A stretch of 32,000 bases of DNA from Candidatus Saccharimonadota bacterium (GTDB lineage: Archaea > Nanobdellota > Nanobdellia > Pacearchaeales > GW2011-AR1), in the NCBI GenBank assembly GCA_049511795.1, contig JBEKXS010000002.1, forward strand, positions 1-32,000. The letters run 5' to 3'. Position numbers and translations under genes: made by a program. The notes below the pieces were generated by a model. That model made no database searches, was not told the DNA's origin, and saw nothing but the letters and a program-made list of their open reading frames with translations. This document shows positions 30,632 through 32,000 of this stretch, in pieces. Every line of letters begins with the position of its first letter. The stretch's first letter is position 1.

Positions 30632-31942
30632 ATGGGCTATGACATAACAGTTGGAAGAGATGTTTCTGACAAAAAATCATTTGGTAACCGTGGTTTAGTT
30701 TATGTTGGTAAAGGTTATGTTAAAATGGGGCAATACACTTCCTTAAGCAATAAAATTTTCATGGACGTGGCCCGTTCTCATGTTATTCTTGTGGCTGGAA
30801 AAAGAGGCTCGGGAAAATCATATACTCTTGGCGTCATAGCAGAAGAGCTTTCTGCACTTCCAAAAGAAGCAAGCCAGAACATTGGCTCATTAATTTTTGA
30901 TACAATGGGAATTTACTGGACAATGAAATTCAAGAATGAAAAAGACAAGGACCTTTTGGCTGAATGGGGCCTTAAGCAAAAAAATCTTCCTGTAAAAATA
31001 TTTGTTCCTTTCGGTCATTATAATACTTATCTTGAAAAGGGCATTCCGGCAGATGAAACTTTTGCTTTGGATGTTAATGAATTAAATCCAGAAGACTGGA
31101 TTCTTACTTTTGGCCTTGAATTGATTAATCCTATTTCAGTTGTTATACAAAGGGTTCTTACAAGATTAAAAGAGCAGGGAGCTTATGACCTTGATGATAT
31201 TATTGTTGCGTTGGATTCAGATGAAAAAACTCCCCAGGAAATAAAAAATGCAGCCAGTGGTTTATTCGAAGCTGCAAATACATGGGGAATTTTTGCAAAA
31301 AAAGGAGAAGAAGCAACAAAAGTTGAGCAGCTTGTTTCAGCAGGGATTACAACTGTCTTGGATCTTAGCGTTTACAATTCTGTTGGTGTTTTTAACATCA
31401 GAGCTCTGGCAATAAGCCTTCTTTGTAGAAAAATTTTCAACCAAAGAATGGATTCAAGAAAAGAAGAGGAAACAGAGTCAGTTGCGCAAGGCCTTGACTA
31501 TCTTTCAAGAAGCATAAAAAAAGACAATCCTCTTGTCTGGATTTTTATTGATGAAGCTCACGAATTTCTGCCTTTGAACGGAAAAACAGTTGCAACAGAT
31601 GCTCTGATTCAATTATTGAGAGAAGGGAGGCAGCCTGGAATTTCTCTTGTTCTTGCAACACAGCAACCAGGGCAAATACATCATGATGTCATGACACAAT
31701 CAGATATTGTTATAGCTCATCGTGTGACTTCCAAGCCAGATATAGAAGCATTGAATTACATAATGCAGTCATATGTTCTTGAAAGCATAAAAAAGCAGAT
31801 GGATGATCTTCCTGCTTTGAAAGGTTCTGCTGTTCTTCTTGACGACAATTCAGAGCGTCTTTATCCAATAAGAGTAAGGCCAAGATTTACCTGGCATGGT
31901 GGAGAAGCGCCAACTGCAATCAAGGCAGAGAAGAAACTCTGA
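30632..31942 (+). CDS. HerA/FtsK-like P-loop ATPase (DUF87-type)
   Basis: 436 aa. Walker A is VAGKRGSGKSYTLG and Walker B is VWIFIDEAHEF. The later motif LVLATQQPG is typical of HerA/VirB4-like ATPases. Confidence 0.7.
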   Translation: MGYDITVGRDVSDKKSFGNRGLVYVGKGYVKMGQYTSLSNKIFMDVARSHVILVAGKRGSGKSYTLGVIAEELSALPKEASQNIGSLIFDTMGIYWTMKFKNEKDKDLLAEWGLKQKNLPVKIFVPFGHYNTYLEKGIPADETFALDVNELNPEDWILTFGLELINPISVVIQRVLTRLKEQGAYDLDDIIVALDSDEKTPQEIKNAASGLFEAANTWGIFAKKGEEATKVEQLVSAGITTVLDLSVYNSVGVFNIRALAISLLCRKIFNQRMDSRKEEETESVAQGLDYLSRSIKKDNPLVWIFIDEAHEFLPLNGKTVATDALIQLLREGRQPGISLVLATQQPGQIHHDVMTQSDIVIAHRVTSKPDIEALNYIMQSYVLESIKKQMDDLPALKGSAVLLDDNSERLYPIRVRPRFTWHGGEAPTAIKAEKKL

Positions 31943-31953
31943 TTTTCATAAAC

Positions 31954-31961
31954 TTTAAAAA
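31954..31961 (+). promoter_or_regulatory. TTTAAAAA box 29 nt upstream of an ATG at 31983
   Basis: The spacing rule predicts a new leaderless gene starting at 31983. Confidence 0.35.
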
Positions 31962-31982
31962 GTAAAAATATGCAGTTAGGTT

Positions 31983-32000
31983 ATGGAACAAGAAGTTAAT
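31983..32000 (+). CDS. First 6 codons (MEQEVN) of an unidentified gene running off the right edge
   Basis: Only the ATG and the upstream box at the canonical distance support it. The product is unknown. Confidence 0.3.

Noticed and set aside
1-32000. Search for CRISPR arrays, IS elements or transposases, integrases, rRNA genes, inteins and recoding (in-frame stops) in conserved genes
   Set aside because: I saw no regularly spaced repeats, no transposase or integrase-like ORFs, and no long non-coding stretch that could hold an rRNA. RFC, ThrRS, PheRS and PpsA have normal lengths without intein-like insertions. All conserved genes read through with the standard code.

Overview
This is an AT-rich, gene-dense archaeal chromosome segment. 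No rRNA, CRISPR array, transposase or integrase is visible.

**Archaeal hallmarks**
- RFC small and large subunits.
- ThrRS with the archaeal N-terminal editing domain.
- Two-subunit archaeal PheRS.
- Elp3, a short Rpp30-like protein and ribosomal protein L41e.
- A tRNA intron with a bulge-helix-bulge fold.
- An 8-nt TATA box about 29 nt upstream of most start codons, implying leaderless mRNAs.

The compact housekeeping genes and the many sequon-rich surface proteins suggest a DPANN-like small-genome archaeon. That placement is inference.

**Content**
- About 40 protein genes, including thrS, trpS, pheS, pheT, ppsA, pyrH, rfcS, rfcL, Elp3, a Trm9-like methyltransferase, a HIT protein, a YdjM-like hydrolase and a HerA-like ATPase.
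- Five tRNA genes: Ile-UAU with a 46-nt intron, Glu-UUC, Thr-GGU, Gln-CUG and Glu-CUC.
- Two small genes missing from the ORF track: L41e (38 aa) and a CxxCxGxG zinc-ribbon protein (56 aa).

**Most interesting regions**
1. A surface-protein locus at 14352-19521. It contains a FlaI/PilB-like N-terminal domain protein with no ATPase core, and a pilin-like protein with a class III signal peptide and tandem Cys-rich modules.
2. A receptor-like membrane protein at 8895-10919 whose cytoplasmic tail resembles a degenerate class III nucleotidyl cyclase domain.
3. A divergent Elp3 / Trm9-like pair sharing one TATA box.
4. A tRNA-Ile with a UAU anticodon.

All family assignments come from motifs recognised by eye. 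No database search was run.
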